NCBI GenBank assembly: GCA_017889635.1
Contig: JAGGAC010000010.1
Coordinates: forward strand, 18,105 to 82,104
Origin: Bacillota bacterium
GTDB lineage: Bacteria > Bacillota > Negativicutes > Sporomusales > CTSoil-080
Length of the DNA stretch: 64,000 nt
Direction: 5' to 3'
Shown: piece after piece, positions 49,999 through 60,892 of the stretch
How the letters are laid out: each line of letters begins with the position of its first letter
How positions within the stretch are numbered: position 1 is the stretch's first letter
The notes under the pieces: generated by a model
What the model was told of the DNA's origin: nothing
Databases searched by the model: none
The model's input: the letters and a program-made list of their open reading frames with translations, nothing else
Position numbers and translations under genes: made by a program

Positions 49999-50589
49999 AT
50001 GATGATGCTTGAGAATACCGATATTTCCGAAACCCCAACTCGCGACTGCTACCGTTTTATCTACGTGCCGCTGTGCAAACAAGAAACCGAATACACTTGC
50101 GGCATAGCCTGCGTACAGTCGATATTAGGATACTATGGCATCGATTACCGTCAGGACGAATTAGCCCAAATACTAGATTCAAAACCAATACTCGGGACGG
50201 ACTATCAAAAAATCCTCTCTTTTATGAAGATGCTTGATTTCGAATCATCATTCATTGATTCTATGAGCATTGATGATATTAAGAGTTTTATTAATGATGG
50301 AATAACCCCTGTACTTCTACTCCAAGCTTGGGCAGAAAACGGCGTTGACTATGCTTCAGACTGGAAAGACTCTCACTACGTGATCGCCTGCGGATATAAT
50401 GATGACCAGATATTTTTCATGGACCCTTGGACGCTCGGAAACTACACATATCTCTCTGCCGAAGAGTTATTGAAGCGCTGGCACGTCCCCGATGTGCATT
50501 TCAGTCGTTGCTACCGCAGCGGATTGATTATTAAAAACAATAACATCACACCCGAATACAGCCCCCGAAACTTGAAAAACCTAGGCTAA
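49999..50589 (+). CDS. peptidase C39-like (papain-fold) domain protein
   Basis: An ATG at 49999 follows AAAGGAG. It has the ETEYTCGIACVQSILGYYG Cys motif and a later His (DSHYVIACGY). Confidence 0.55.
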   Translation: MMMLENTDISETPTRDCYRFIYVPLCKQETEYTCGIACVQSILGYYGIDYRQDELAQILDSKPILGTDYQKILSFMKMLDFESSFIDSMSIDDIKSFINDGITPVLLLQAWAENGVDYASDWKDSHYVIACGYNDDQIFFMDPWTLGNYTYLSAEELLKRWHVPDVHFSRCYRSGLIIKNNNITPEYSPRNLKNLG

Positions 50590-50718
50590 TTGTTTCTTAT
50601 AATTCATTAATTGCCCCCTTTATTTTAGTAATTTGGTTTTATTGACATAGCTGATATGCTATACTTATAGGCATTATATTTTTAACAATTAGGCTTTCCA
50701 ACATAAGGAGAAATACAA

Positions 50719-51492
50719 ATGGACTTATTTAGCATACCGGACATGAATATGTTACTATTTTTATTGATTTCAAGTTTTATTGCTGCCTTTATTGATTCTG
50801 TCGTCGGCGGAGGCGGTTTGATTTCACTACCAGCCCTTTTGGCAACCGGCATGCCGCCAAATTTTGCATTAGGCACTAATAAAATGGCTTCAGCAATGGG
50901 AAGTCTAACCAGTACTCTATCTTTCTTACGTGCCGGTAAAATAAATTTCCATTTGGTAAAATATCTATTCCCTATTGATTTTATCGGTTCTATACTGGGG
51001 GTTTATGCTGTACAGCAAATTCCGACCAGTTTTCTTAAACCATTGGTAGTTCTTATGTTAGCGCTAGTTACCATTTATACTTTTTGCAAAAAAGATTGGG
51101 GAGCAAGATCTACTTATAGCAGTATAACTAAGCGTGTAGCTTTATTAAGTGGTCTAGCAACTTTTATTCTTGGATTTTATGACGGTTTTTTTGGACCGGG
51201 TACCGGTTCTTTTTTAATTTTTTCGTTCTTACTCATTGGCTTTGACTTTATAGTCGCCGCAGGTAACGCCAAAGCACTAAATTTCGCCAGCAACATTGCA
51301 GCAGTACTAAGCTTTGGCTATTTGGGGACTATCAACTATGCTTATGGCATCCCCATGGGCATTGCCATGATTATCGGAGCTATGGCCGGTTCACGCATGG
51401 CAATCACTAAAGGTACAGCGTATGTACGCCCCCTGTTTATAACCATATCTGTGACGCTCATTGGCAAACAACTATGGGATGTGTTGAGATAA
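50719..51492 (+). CDS. TauE/SafE (TSUP) family anion exporter
   Basis: The 257-aa ORF has about 8 TM helices with a duplicated GGG…G pattern. Confidence 0.7.
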   Translation: MDLFSIPDMNMLLFLLISSFIAAFIDSVVGGGGLISLPALLATGMPPNFALGTNKMASAMGSLTSTLSFLRAGKINFHLVKYLFPIDFIGSILGVYAVQQIPTSFLKPLVVLMLALVTIYTFCKKDWGARSTYSSITKRVALLSGLATFILGFYDGFFGPGTGSFLIFSFLLIGFDFIVAAGNAKALNFASNIAAVLSFGYLGTINYAYGIPMGIAMIIGAMAGSRMAITKGTAYVRPLFITISVTLIGKQLWDVLR

Positions 51493-51756
51493 CCCCTAGA
51501 TTTTCCAAGCAAGAATTTAGTCAGTTTGATTTATGTCACAGTTAGCAATCAATGTTTTAATCAAACTTTCAATATAAATAATCACTCATTCTTATCTTTT
51601 CACACTGTATAAACCCACCATCTACCGGGTATAATATTATCGTTCGGACATTCATAAGCTCCTACTCCTTATAGAACAAGGTCGCTATGACCTTGCTCTT
51701 TTTTGCATCCTAACATGGATGTCTCTGGCGTTTTGCCAAAATCATCATAATAAAAC

Positions 51757-51795
51757 AAGGCTTTTGGGATAATTCCCAAAAGCCTTGTTTTATTA
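51757..51795 (-). terminator. terminator for tRNA-Leu
   Basis: ACAAGGCTTTTGGGA…TCCCAAAAGCCTTGT forms the stem, followed by a U-tract on the minus strand. Confidence 0.55.
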
Positions 51796-51884
51796 TGGTG
51801 CCGAGGACCGGAATCGAACCGGTACGGATGTTTCCATCCGACGGATTTTAAGTCCGTTGCGTCTGCCTGTTCCGCCACCCCGGC
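51796..51884 (-). tRNA. trnL: tRNA-Leu (TAA)
   Basis: This is an 89-nt class II tRNA with a long variable arm. The anticodon loop is CTTAAAA. Confidence 0.9.
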
Positions 51885-52036
51885 ATTTACTTTTTGTGTA
51901 TCGCTTAACAACACAACAAGATTATTATACACCAAATAAGAAACTATGGCAAGACTATTTTTACAATCTATTTTTAAAATTATATGAAATAGCCTGTACC
52001 GCAAAAGACAATGCTTCTGCAGTACAGGCACACAAT

Positions 52037-53692
52037 TTACTTAAGTACAGCTCCAGTATTAGCTGAAGTAACTAATTTTGCATAACGAGCCAAATACCCA
52101 CTGGTAACCTTAGCCGAAGGTTTTACCCATGCGGCCTTGCGGCGCGCAAGTTCCTCATCGCTAAGCTTGACATTCAGTTTACGGCCCGGAATATCAATTG
52201 AAATAATGTCGCCTTCCTCAACCAAAGCAATTGGACCACACTCCATCGCTTCAGGAGAAATATGACCAATACAAGCACCCCTAGTCGCACCACTAAAACG
52301 TCCATCCGTAAGAAGCGCCACCTTAAGTCCCATGCCGGTAATAACCGCTGTAGGATTCAACATTTCCCGCATTCCCGGTCCTCCCTTAGGACCTTCATAA
52401 CGGATGACCACTACATCTCCATCTTTAATTTTTTTGGCCAATATATCCTCTATAGCCTCATCTTCAGAATTAAACACTCTGGCAATTCCCTCGAATACAA
52501 GCATATCCTCGGCAACCGCACTTTCCTTAACCACAGCGCCATCAGGTGCAAGATTGCCCTTAAGAATTGCAATCCCCCCAGTCTTACGATATGGCTCTTC
52601 CACAGTATGAATAACGTCCGAACACATCGTGGCGGCATTTTCAATACGCTCAGCTACTGTACCAGTAACAGTAACTGCATTCGTATGAATAATACCGGTT
52701 TTGGCCAGTTCCTTCATGACTGCCGGTATGCCACCAGCTTCATTTAAATCCTGCAAATGATGAATGCCACCCGGACTAAGTTTAGTAATATAAGGGGTCT
52801 TAGCACTGATTTTATCAAACAACTCCAACGGCAGTTCAATCCCAACTTCATGGGCGATAGCCGGCAAATGTAATACTGTGTTACTAGAACCACCGATCCC
52901 CATATCCACAGCAATAGCATTCTCAAACGCCTGAACAGTCATAATATCCCTAGGCCGAATATTTTTTTCCACCAATTCAACAACAACTGCCCCAGCATTT
53001 TTGGCCAAAGCACGCCGCGCTCCCGTATATGCTGCGGGAATAGTACCATTGCCAGGCAAACCTAACCCCAGCGCCTCAGTAAGGCAATTCATAGTATTAG
53101 CCGTAAACAAACCAGCACAAGAACCACAGCCAGGGCAAGCGTCCTTCTCCATTGAGTCAAGTTCAGCAGCATCAATCTTGCCAGCCTCATACAATCCAGC
53201 GGCCTCAAACATACTGCTAAGGCTGACATCTTTACCATTATGACGACCAGCCATCATCGGTCCTCCGCTAACCACCACAGCTGGCAGATTCAGTCGCGCC
53301 GCCGCCATCAGCATACCCGGAATAATTTTATCGCAATTCGGAATTAGTACAAGCCCGTCAAACGCATGAGCCATCGCCATCGCCTCAGTCGAATCAGCAA
53401 TTAACTCCCTGCTTGCAAGTGAATACTTCATCCCTTCATGCCCCATAGCAATACCATCGCAAATGCCGATAGCCGGAAATTCTACCGGAGTGCCGCCTGC
53501 AGCAGCAACTCCAAGCTTTACCGCTTCAGTTATTTCCCGCAAATGAAAATGGCCGGGAATAATTTCATTAAACGAATTCACTATACCAATCAGCGGCTTT
53601 TCCAAATCCTCCGGTCGATAACCCATGGCGTAAAATAACGAGCGGTGTGCCGCCCGTGTTGAGCCTTTCTTTACAACATTGCTCTTCATCAA
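52037..53692 (-). CDS. ilvD: dihydroxy-acid dehydratase
   Basis: The 551-aa ORF belongs to the ILVD/EDD family (…[11 protein letters not shown]…, CPGCGSC). Confidence 0.9.
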   Translation of the reverse strand: MMKSNVVKKGSTRAAHRSLFYAMGYRPEDLEKPLIGIVNSFNEIIPGHFHLREITEAVKLGVAAAGGTPVEFPAIGICDGIAMGHEGMKYSLASRELIADSTEAMAMAHAFDGLVLIPNCDKIIPGMLMAAARLNLPAVVVSGGPMMAGRHNGKDVSLSSMFEAAGLYEAGKIDAAELDSMEKDACPGCGSCAGLFTANTMNCLTEALGLGLPGNGTIPAAYTGARRALAKNAGAVVVELVEKNIRPRDIMTVQAFENAIAVDMGIGGSSNTVLHLPAIAHEVGIELPLELFDKISAKTPYITKLSPGGIHHLQDLNEAGGIPAVMKELAKTGIIHTNAVTVTGTVAERIENAATMCSDVIHTVEEPYRKTGGIAILKGNLAPDGAVVKESAVAEDMLVFEGIARVFNSEDEAIEDILAKKIKDGDVVVIRYEGPKGGPGMREMLNPTAVITGMGLKVALLTDGRFSGATRGACIGHISPEAMECGPIALVEEGDIISIDIPGRKLNVKLSDEELARRKAAWVKPSAKVTSGYLARYAKLVTSANTGAVLK

Positions 53693-53810
53693 ACTCTCCC
53701 TTTCCTGGCATAACTAAAATTTATTCTCAATTAATTCGCCGTTTTAACGATTGAATCCTCTACCGTTAGACGACAACGTGCACTAAATGCTATATTTTTT
53801 CCGACATAGT

Positions 53811-53840
53811 AAAAAAACCACCATATAAGGTGGTTTCTAA
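53811..53840 (-). terminator. terminator for the tRNA operon
   Basis: AGAAACCACCTTATATGGTGGTTTTTTT on the minus strand. Confidence 0.6.
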
Positions 53841-53847
53841 TAATCAT

Positions 53848-53922
<75 letters not shown>

Positions 53923-53929
53923 AATTAAG

Positions 53930-54004
53930 TGGAGCGGAAGACGAGATTCGAACTCGCGACCCTCGCCTTGGCAAGGCGATGCTCTACCACTGAGCTACTT
54001 CCGC
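53930..54004 (-). tRNA. trnG: tRNA-Gly (GCC)
   Basis: GCGGAAGTAGCTCAGTGGTAGAGCATCGCCTTGCCAAGGCGAGGGTCGCGAGTTCGAATCTCGTCTTCCGCTCCA. Confidence 0.9.
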
Positions 54005-54008
54005 ATAA

Positions 54009-54084
<76 letters not shown>

Positions 54085-54098
54085 ATTACATTATAAAA

Positions 54099-54175
54099 TG
54101 GCGACCCCGAAGGGATTTGAACCCTCGATCTCCGCCGTGACAGGGCGGCATGTTAGACCACTACACCACGGGGCC
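54099..54175 (-). tRNA. trnD: tRNA-Asp (GTC), copy 2
   Basis: Same as copy 1, except the acceptor reads GGCCCCGTGG. Confidence 0.9.
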
Positions 54176-54336
54176 ATTTGAAACTGCATAATCTAGTATA
54201 ATACATCACAGTTATTAAGTCAAGTACTATTTTATCAATATAAAAGCACTATTAGATAAAGTTTATTTGCAATAACCGTCATAAATTGCATTATATCATA
54301 ATAAAAACAGTTGTCAATACCATTCATTGTACATTA

Positions 54337-54696
54337 TTACGTCAACAAGTTATTGACAACTTCCAATATTCTTTCAGGTTCAAAAGGCTTTACAATAAAA
54401 TCAGCCGCACCGGCTTTAATAGCTTCGGTCACAACACCCTGCTGGCCAATAGCACTAACCATAACAACCCTCGCCTGAGCATCTTCAAGTAGAATTTCCT
54501 TCAGTGCTGAAACACCGTCCAACTCAGGCATTGTAATATCCATTGTGACAACGTCAGGTTTATGTATCAGAAAAAGCCTTACAGCCTCATGACCAGTTCC
54601 TGCCTCCGCCACTACCTTATGTCCACTTTCTTCAAAAATTCTCTTTAACATCATCCTCATAAACAACGAGTCATCGCAAATCATAATCTGTGCCAT
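54337..54696 (-). CDS. single-domain response regulator (CheY-like receiver)
   Basis: The 119-aa ORF has the receiver motifs DD…MDITMP…K. Confidence 0.75.
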   Translation of the reverse strand: MAQIMICDDSLFMRMMLKRIFEESGHKVVAEAGTGHEAVRLFLIHKPDVVTMDITMPELDGVSALKEILLEDAQARVVMVSAIGQQGVVTEAIKAGAADFIVKPFEPERILEVVNNLLT

Positions 54697-54754
54697 ATCA
54701 AATCTCCTTATCTTAGAACAAATCAGTCTTTTACTAAAAAAGTCTTCATTTTAG

Positions 54755-55444
54755 TTATTCCTCTACTTCCGCCTTAACGATCATATCGCGAAGCGAATCT
54801 AACGAACTAATAAGATTTGTATCCATTTTGTTTGCTAATTCATCAAGTTCTCTTGCATCAAAAAGTCCAGTCATCATTGGTGTCATTCTTAATCTAAGCT
54901 CACCAAAAAATTCATCCCGATATACATTATAATAGATAAGCAAATTGCTGGCGGCAGTAAAATCACTATAATCCACAATAATATAAGAGCCGTTAATCGC
55001 TTTCAATGCCTGCTGCGGATTAATAAATAGTTTAAACCCTGCAACTTCATCAGGCAACTTAGCAGTATATGGCCACTCCAGAATATTTTTAGCCCGAAAA
55101 ATGCTCTCGTACTCCCGTTCCTGAGTACCACTTAAATCCAAAAGAGTCGGTTCCAAGCGCATTCTTAAATTCTTTTCCATTACATTGATGTCTGGTGTAA
55201 TAAAACTTATATCATAAAACTCAGTTAACCCCACCTTCACCAGAACCAGAAAATCCTTTGTAGCGTTATCATATAAAAGCGAAAGACTTCGCTTCATCTC
55301 ATCATTAGTATAAGAACAAATATTATACTGCTCACCGCATAATTTTTGTTCCATCACCAAAGTGAACCCAGCATTTCTATCCGGCAAGCTTTGTAGATAT
55401 ACCCAATCAGTTACCTGTTCAATAATTTTATCCACTATGACCAT
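54755..55444 (-). CDS. hypothetical protein upstream of the receiver gene
   Basis: The 229-aa ORF has no recognisable motif. Confidence 0.4.
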   Translation of the reverse strand: MVIVDKIIEQVTDWVYLQSLPDRNAGFTLVMEQKLCGEQYNICSYTNDEMKRSLSLLYDNATKDFLVLVKVGLTEFYDISFITPDINVMEKNLRMRLEPTLLDLSGTQEREYESIFRAKNILEWPYTAKLPDEVAGFKLFINPQQALKAINGSYIIVDYSDFTAASNLLIYYNVYRDEFFGELRLRMTPMMTGLFDARELDELANKMDTNLISSLDSLRDMIVKAEVEE

Positions 55445-55541
55445 CCATTTCTTTTACCATATATATATTATCTACTATAAACCTCGCCTCTGCAATATTT
55501 ACAAAGACGACCAAGTCACCTCACTAAGATATACCTTTACA

Positions 55542-55862
55542 TTACATATGTTGTTCTCCCCACTGACTCATAGCATTTAAAATTGGAATAAGCGTCATGC
55601 CTTTTTCCGAAAGACAATATTCCACCTTAGGAGGAATCTGATGGTATTCCTTCCGATGAATAAGTTTATCCTCCACCAGTTCTTTAAGTTGCTGGCTAAG
55701 CATTTTATGGGTAATCGCTCCGACCCCTCTTTTCAGATCGCCATATCTCTGCACCCCATCATTCATTAAATGCCATAGGATAATAGCCTTCCACTTTCCG
55801 CCCATTATGGATAGAACATATGTTAACGGACAAACTTGCTTATCCTTTAAACATTTTTCCAT
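55542..55862 (-). CDS. HxlR-family transcriptional regulator
   Basis: The 106-aa ORF has the pattern CPLTYVLSIMGGKWK…. Confidence 0.7.
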   Translation of the reverse strand: MEKCLKDKQVCPLTYVLSIMGGKWKAIILWHLMNDGVQRYGDLKRGVGAITHKMLSQQLKELVEDKLIHRKEYHQIPPKVEYCLSEKGMTLIPILNAMSQWGEQHM

Positions 55863-55974
55863 ATTATCCCTACTTTCCCTATGTATAGTATCTCACAAAA
55901 AAGTGCATACTTTATTTTCATCTAATATACTATATAATTTTAGTAAAGAAATCAATAAATGGGAGGAATATAAA

Positions 55975-56538
55975 ATGTCCAACGCTACTTTACAAACACT
56001 TAAAAATCGCCGGGCTATTAGAAGCTTTGATAACAAACAAATTAAATCTGAAGATCTCAACACAATTCTCGAAGCCGCACGCTATTCACCTTCAGCAAGA
56101 AATGGCCAACCTTGGCATTTCACAGTTATCCAAAACGAAGATCTCCTTAAAGCTATGAACAAAGATGGCAAGGAAGGCGCCATAAAAACCGCTCCTGATT
56201 TTATGCGCGAAAAAATGCAGGCTGATAACTTTAGTTTTTGGCACGGTGCTCCAACAGTAATCATTACATCAGGATCTGATGAAAACCGGTTTGCAGCAGC
56301 TGATTGTGCCATAGCAAATTATAGCATGATGCTAGCTGCAGAAGCTCTTGGACTCGGTTCCTGCTGGATAAATTCCGGTCTAATGCTATTTGAAGGATCG
56401 AAAGGCAGTGTTTACAAAGAGCGCCTAAGCATTCCTTCCGGCTACACCCCGCTTTATTCTGTAGCACTTGGCTATATTAATGGTGATAAACCAGCGGCTC
56501 CTGAGCGAAAAACCGATGTTATCACCTACTTCAAATAA
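55975..56538 (+). CDS. nitroreductase-family protein
   Basis: An ATG at 55975 follows GGGAGGAAT. It has the pattern …RRAIRSF…SARNGQPW…, and the track ORF is extended upstream of the real start. Confidence 0.7.
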   Translation: MSNATLQTLKNRRAIRSFDNKQIKSEDLNTILEAARYSPSARNGQPWHFTVIQNEDLLKAMNKDGKEGAIKTAPDFMREKMQADNFSFWHGAPTVIITSGSDENRFAAADCAIANYSMMLAAEALGLGSCWINSGLMLFEGSKGSVYKERLSIPSGYTPLYSVALGYINGDKPAAPERKTDVITYFK

Positions 56539-56676
56539 AAATTACTTTCAAAAGACCTGTCGCTTAGGCGTCAAGTCTTTTTTTATGCTTAATAGTCCCT
56601 TATAATCATTCACCCTCCCCAGGCGCACCACATAAAATAAAGAAAAGCCTAGAAAACTAAAACAGGAGATGATTAA

Positions 56677-57216
56677 GTGCCCAAACCTCTTAATTCCCAC
56701 AATCCCCGAAGCTATTTCGCAACTTCAACCACTTGTAACAACTATACCCCATGCGTTGCGGTTGCTGAAATCATGGGTAGCCCTCTCGCCCCAAAGCTAA
56801 GAGGACAGGTTTTTTTCACCGCCGTACCAGGTGGAACCGAGGTCTGTGTTGAAATCTGCAATCTACCGCCTTATCACCCTGCCCAAGGCGATAACCCTCA
56901 AGTCGGGCCACACGGTTTTCACATTCACGAATGTGGCAACTGCGAAATATGCGATCCAACTAATCCATTCACCTCAGCGGGCGGCCACTGGAACCCAAAC
57001 AAGCAACCACACGGCAACCACGCCGGTGATTTTCCCGCATTATTCTCTAACCACGGTTATTCGTGTATGACCTTTTTTACTGATAAATTTTGCGTCCCGG
57101 ATATTATCGGAAAATCGGTCATAATTCATCAAAGCCCCGACGACTATCGAACCCAACCAGCAGGAAACTCTGGCAAGCGTCTAGCTTGCGGCATAATTAA
57201 ATCTTCTCATAACTGA
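56677..57216 (+). CDS. Cu/Zn superoxide dismutase-like family protein
   Basis: It has a GTG start after AGGAGAT. It has HGFHIHE, GGHWNP, HGNHAGD and C-terminal GKRLACGII motifs, with no signal peptide. Confidence 0.6.
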   Translation: MPKPLNSHNPRSYFATSTTCNNYTPCVAVAEIMGSPLAPKLRGQVFFTAVPGGTEVCVEICNLPPYHPAQGDNPQVGPHGFHIHECGNCEICDPTNPFTSAGGHWNPNKQPHGNHAGDFPALFSNHGYSCMTFFTDKFCVPDIIGKSVIIHQSPDDYRTQPAGNSGKRLACGIIKSSHN

Positions 57217-57263
57217 AACTGTCGCAGCCATTAATATTGTCAATATTAATGGCTGCGACAGTT
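57216..57263. repeat. perfect 48-bp palindrome (24-nt arms) between convergent genes
   Basis: AAACTGTCGCAGCCATTAATATTG / CAATATTAATGGCTGCGACAGTTT. No clear U-tract is present on either strand. Confidence 0.6.
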
Positions 57264-57292
57264 TCCAATATTTACCACTCAGGCATCAACTA

Positions 57293-57967
57293 TCACTCAG
57301 GCATCAACACTTGTCTGGCAAGCATAGTGCCACTTTTATCCTCAAAAAGAATGTCAATTCTCCTACGAAAATCCAACGTACCCCGCGGAATCCGAACAAA
57401 ATCATCAGTCTTAACAATGGCAGGTGTACCTTCCAAACCAGGACTTTTAAACCTTACCGCAACAGTCAAATTATTGCCTGTCTGAACTACTTTAGATATT
57501 CCGATTCCATACCCTTGTCCCGTCGTTGCACCCAAGTGCGCAAAAAGAATCACGTTACGGGTAAAGTCAACTCCATTAATAAGGCTTAGCGAATTTGCCG
57601 ACAAGTCAACAATACTGCCACTTATTCTCGGGTCACTAGCCAAGATGCCCAACGCCATATCCCGTGGAAAAGCAGTTTCACGCCATTGCCATCCTTCATA
57701 AATGTCAGTATTAAACAACAGTAATCTAACAACCTCGATTTTTTCCGGATTTAAGCCCAACTGCACTATATTATGCATCGGTGTTGGCAAAGTATTGCCC
57801 GTAGCTTCACTGGACTTGCCGATATCAGCCCCCCGACTATACGCATAAACACGCTCAACAGGTATACCCTGAAGTGCCGCCGAAGATACAAAAGTTGCAC
57901 CAACCAGCGCCGCAGCCAGCCTCCTATATCTTCTTTTTCCAGTTTTTTTTCGCCAATCTATACTCAT
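57293..57967 (-). CDS. hypothetical secreted protein
   Basis: The 224-aa ORF has an Arg-rich N-terminus followed by a signal-like hydrophobic segment. Confidence 0.45.
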   Translation of the reverse strand: MSIDWRKKTGKRRYRRLAAALVGATFVSSAALQGIPVERVYAYSRGADIGKSSEATGNTLPTPMHNIVQLGLNPEKIEVVRLLLFNTDIYEGWQWRETAFPRDMALGILASDPRISGSIVDLSANSLSLINGVDFTRNVILFAHLGATTGQGYGIGISKVVQTGNNLTVAVRFKSPGLEGTPAIVKTDDFVRIPRGTLDFRRRIDILFEDKSGTMLARQVLMPE

Positions 57968-58138
57968 AGCAATACCTCCTTGCGAGGTTATTAATTATAT
58001 TTTTGTGCAAACCATCAACGTGAATACTATGTATTTGTTGGGATATGAACTATACGCTTACAAATATAACATTAAACCAAACAATAGCCGCATACTTTGG
58101 ACGAACCAAGTACACGGCTATAAACAATTAGTGAATTG

Positions 58139-59302
58139 CTAACACTTCATAATTTTTCCGGCAAGTAAAGTAAAGGTGAAGACTGCCACCATTAGAATAG
58201 CTACAAAGCCCATAGTTGCTATCATACCTAAAACTTGTTTTAGATAACTTGAAACCACGAACGCTAAAACTCCAGCTCCAGCACCAATAGTTAAAAAGAA
58301 TGTTGTCAACTTAGACGAAGGATGATTCAGAAGTTCCGTACCATAAGCAACTAATGTAGCGTATATACCAGAATAGCCCAATCCCATTACCGCAGCTATG
58401 ACCATAGACAAGTACAACTTGTTAGATACTACCAAAGCAAAAGCCGCTAAAGAGGACAAACCTGAGGCCCAAAGAAGATAATTCACAATGTTCACTTTTG
58501 CTATAAATACACCAGCCAAAAACCTTCCTATTGCCATAAAGACCCAAAAAATTGATAAAAACGAACTAGCTACATCTAAACCCACTGTTAGTTTTTCCAT
58601 TATATACATTACCACCCAGTAACCGTAAGACATCTCTGACACTACATAGCATAGAATTGCCAACCCTATAACATAAATTTTTGCATTCCATACCTCAGCA
58701 TCACTTGAATCTTCAATTATGTGATCACCGCGAAACTTCATCTTGAGCTGCTGACTATAAGCGAAAAAAGCCACCGCCAAAACAGGTATTAATGTTCCTA
58801 ACATAACCAATTTCCAACCCATTCCCCGCGCTAATGCCGCCCCCGCTAAGATAGGGGTAACAATTGCCCCGACACTGAAAAAGAAGTTGAGAATATTAAG
58901 TTTTGCTGTACGCTGCACCTCTTCGGTATATAAGTTGATAATCAGATAATAACTTATCGAACACAAAACACCGCTACCTAAACCATATAAAAAGATAAAA
59001 ATAGCAAACGCCACTAACGATGATTGACTTACAGCACCCAACACTGCAATAACAATCAGAGCTGTCGCTGTCAGCAGCTCTTTGCGTACATCAAATTTAT
59101 TCAGAATAAAACCATTTCCTAAAATAGCTATAGCGTAGCCGACTGAAAAAAATGTAAAGCAATAGCCAACTATTGCTGTATCGACCTTAAACCCAGCGGC
59201 AACATCATTTGTAACTACTCCAGCCAAACTTAATGCCGAGCCAATAGTCAAAAGCAACAAATAGGCCAGCATAGTTAATCGCCCGATCGCCATGTCAGCC
59301 AA
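58139..59302 (-). CDS. MFS transporter
   Basis: The 387-aa ORF has 12 predicted TM helices. Confidence 0.7.
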   Translation of the reverse strand: MADMAIGRLTMLAYLLLLTIGSALSLAGVVTNDVAAGFKVDTAIVGYCFTFFSVGYAIAILGNGFILNKFDVRKELLTATALIVIAVLGAVSQSSLVAFAIFIFLYGLGSGVLCSISYYLIINLYTEEVQRTAKLNILNFFFSVGAIVTPILAGAALARGMGWKLVMLGTLIPVLAVAFFAYSQQLKMKFRGDHIIEDSSDAEVWNAKIYVIGLAILCYVVSEMSYGYWVVMYIMEKLTVGLDVASSFLSIFWVFMAIGRFLAGVFIAKVNIVNYLLWASGLSSLAAFALVVSNKLYLSMVIAAVMGLGYSGIYATLVAYGTELLNHPSSKLTTFFLTIGAGAGVLAFVVSSYLKQVLGMIATMGFVAILMVAVFTFTLLAGKIMKC

Positions 59303-59616
59303 TATAAATTACCTCCGGTTTAATCCGTCCAATTTTTACCAACGGTTCGATACGAACGCCTTCATTACATAAAATACACTAACTAATTCGTAACTGCCCT
59401 TCAATAAAATAACCGTAACTGCCAGCGACATTGCAATCAGCTATTTCTATACTATACAGTTTTTACATCCTTAGTCCTGATCATTCAACTTATTGTCTGC
59501 AACCCTAACAGAATCTATAACAATAACTAAAAAATTCTACCTCCTGAAACTAATTAGTATTGCAACTAGATTAACAATAAGTAAAAGCACCAGAAAAAAT
59601 CCGGTGCTTTTACTTA

Positions 59617-60474
59617 TTAATGAATTGATTTTTTCTTTACTCTACCGCCCAATACTTCATGAACATCATTTATAGTTACAAACGCCATTTCATCCTTTTC
59701 ATAAACTATAGCCTTCAATTTAGCTATCTCCAATCGAGTCAATACTGAATACAGTACCTTCTTCTGTTCTCCGCTCCAGCCCCCTTCGCCATGAAGCACA
59801 GTAACTCCCCGTCCTAACCTAGCCATAAGGGCATCGGCGATTTCCTCCGGACGTTCCGATACAATCATAACACCTTTAGATTCGTTCAACCCTTCGATAG
59901 TCAAATCAATCACCTTGAATGCCACAAAATAAGCTACCAGTGAATACATCGCCTTATCCCAACTGAAAACCAGTCCGGCACTACCAAGAATAAAAAGATT
60001 AAAAAGCATGATTGTTTCTCCTACCGAGAAACCGGATTTCTTATCCATTAAAATAGCAACTATTTCAGTTCCATCAAGCGATCCACCACTGCGTATAATA
60101 AGGCCAACCCCTATTCCAACAACAATTCCGCCAAAAACTGCTGCCAGAAATAAATCGTTAGTCAGCTCTGGAATTGGATGAAAAAAAGAAACCCAATATG
60201 ATAAAGATACTACCGAAAACATCGTAGCTATTGCAAATGACTTCCCGATCTGCTTGTACCCCAAATAAAGAAATGGCAAATTTAAAACAACGAGGAATAA
60301 ACTTAATGGCAGCTTGGTAATATGACTAGCCATAATTGAAATGCCAACTATTCCACCATCAATAATCTGGTTAGGAATCAAAAATATTTCCAACCCAACG
60401 GCGGCCAGGATTGAACCAATAAAAAGAAAAATATACTTTTCTGCTCTACGCAATAGCATTTTGGATTTTTTCAC
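59617..60474 (-). CDS. YitT-family membrane protein (DUF161 + DUF2179)
   Basis: The 285-aa ORF has TM helices and a C-terminal soluble domain. Confidence 0.65.
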   Translation of the reverse strand: MKKSKMLLRRAEKYIFLFIGSILAAVGLEIFLIPNQIIDGGIVGISIMASHITKLPLSLFLVVLNLPFLYLGYKQIGKSFAIATMFSVVSLSYWVSFFHPIPELTNDLFLAAVFGGIVVGIGVGLIIRSGGSLDGTEIVAILMDKKSGFSVGETIMLFNLFILGSAGLVFSWDKAMYSLVAYFVAFKVIDLTIEGLNESKGVMIVSERPEEIADALMARLGRGVTVLHGEGGWSGEQKKVLYSVLTRLEIAKLKAIVYEKDEMAFVTINDVHEVLGGRVKKKSIH

Positions 60475-60557
60475 CCAAAATTGCCTCCTTCAATAATACT
60501 CCTTACTATTATTGGGACTATAAGGTATTATATTAATAAAACATAAGGTGATTAGTT

Positions 60558-60881
60558 ATGAAAGATGCCCTGTTTATAATAGCAGAACAAAAGATCCTTG
60601 AAGCCATTGAGAATGGTGAACTTAATAATCTTCCAGGCAGCGGTAAACCGCTCAATCTTGACGCCGAAAAAAATGTACCGCCCGATCTTCGTCTAGAATA
60701 CAAAATCCTAAAAAATGCCGGAATGCTTCCTGAAGAAGCAAGCCTAAAAAAAGAAATTGCCATCTTACAAGAAATGCTACGCCACTGTCAAAACCACGCT
60801 GTAGAAACTAGTCTAAAACAAAAACTAACGCAAAAAATCTTGCAATACGATCTCTTAAAAGAAAAGCGGAAACGGCGATAA
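60558..60881 (+). CDS. DUF1992 (DnaJC28-like) domain protein
   Basis: The 107-aa ORF has the pattern …IIAEQKILEAIENGELNNLPGSGKPL…. Confidence 0.5.
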   Translation: MKDALFIIAEQKILEAIENGELNNLPGSGKPLNLDAEKNVPPDLRLEYKILKNAGMLPEEASLKKEIAILQEMLRHCQNHAVETSLKQKLTQKILQYDLLKEKRKRR

Positions 60882-60892
60882 TATCTTATATT

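Noticed and set aside
57275-57307. Tandem 15-nt repeat CACTCAGGCATCAAC x2
   Set aside because: It has only two copies with no spacer structure. It is not CRISPR-like and is probably a trivial duplication at a gene 3' end.
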